Shown here in pieces: positions 31,687 through 32,000 of a DNA stretch of 32,000 bases. The stretch is from NCBI RefSeq assembly GCF_018884465.1, contig NZ_CP035860.1; one strand, written 5' to 3'. The position numbers and the translations under genes are program-made. Within the stretch, counting starts at the first letter, position 1. Each line of letters starts with the position of its first letter. Origin of the DNA: Escherichia coli (lineage in GTDB: Bacteria; Pseudomonadota; Gammaproteobacteria; Enterobacterales; Enterobacteriaceae). Under the pieces are notes generated by a model. That model ran no database searches. It worked only from the letters and a program-made list of their open reading frames with translations, and had not been told where the DNA came from.

Positions 31687-31803
31687 GTTGGAGTCATTAC
31701 CCTATTCGTCAATCGTTCGAAAATTAATTCATTGCCATTTGCTGTTTTTTTACCAATGTTTTGAAGCTGTTGGGGGCACTTCATAGCTACACGGATTGGG
31801 TTT

Positions 31804-31827
31804 GTCCGCTTCTGGCACAAAGCGGAC
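31804..31827. repeat. 8-bp stem palindrome GTCCGCTT/AAGCGGAC
   Basis: Read directly; function unknown. Confidence 0.4.
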
Positions 31828-31836
31828 GTGCTGTGT

Positions 31837-32000
<164 letters not shown>

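Larger units (their letters stand above)
30935..31701 (+). mobile_element. IS1 insertion sequence (767 bp, one base short of the canonical 768)
   Basis: Left end GGTGATGCTGCCAACTTACTGAT, right end ATCAATAAGTTGGAGTCATTACC. insA, the A6C frameshift site and insB are all recognisable. Confidence 0.95.

Overview
Enterobacterial (E. coli/Shigella-like) chromosomal window. Bases 2-121 are the 3' end of hipA. 77 bp downstream, a dif-type XerC/XerD site has been used to integrate a filamentous prophage (Inovirus, with an Ff-like morphogenesis module). The prophage is present as three head-to-tail copies of 8328, 8330 and 8329 bp (199-25185) and ends in a regenerated dif site (25185-25212). Each unit begins with a 96-nt imperfect hairpin built from two inverted dif-like sites, which resembles the CTXphi folded ssDNA attP. 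Next come a leftward RHH-type regulator and a possible 51-aa membrane ORF that falls below the ORF-track cutoff. The rightward genes are orf82, a 666-aa HUH/double-tyrosine rolling-circle Rep (P2 gpA/phiX174 A type), a putative ssDNA-binding protein, two small minor-coat-like proteins, and the major coat protein with its terminator. They continue with a pIII-like adsorption protein carrying a 16 x 15-bp Gly/Ser repeat, a pVI-like protein, a pI/Zot-like ATPase, a 63-nt intergenic hairpin and a pIV secretin. Copy 1 has two 1-bp deletions that break gene I and one Rep missense change. Copy 3 has a 1-bp deletion in the regulator RBS/operator region. Copy 2 looks intact. Right of dif lie a decayed tyrosine-recombinase N-terminal fragment and an orphan monocistronic 1037-aa protein with a 4-TM N-terminal module and no motif I can recognise. 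These are followed by corA (minus strand) and a yigE 5' fragment cut by an IS1 that is 767 bp long, has a frameshifted insB and has no target-site duplication. hipA-dif and corA-yigE are far apart in E. coli K-12, so the 25.2-29.3 kb stretch holds a synteny breakpoint and/or an accessory island. I saw no rRNA, tRNA or CRISPR array.
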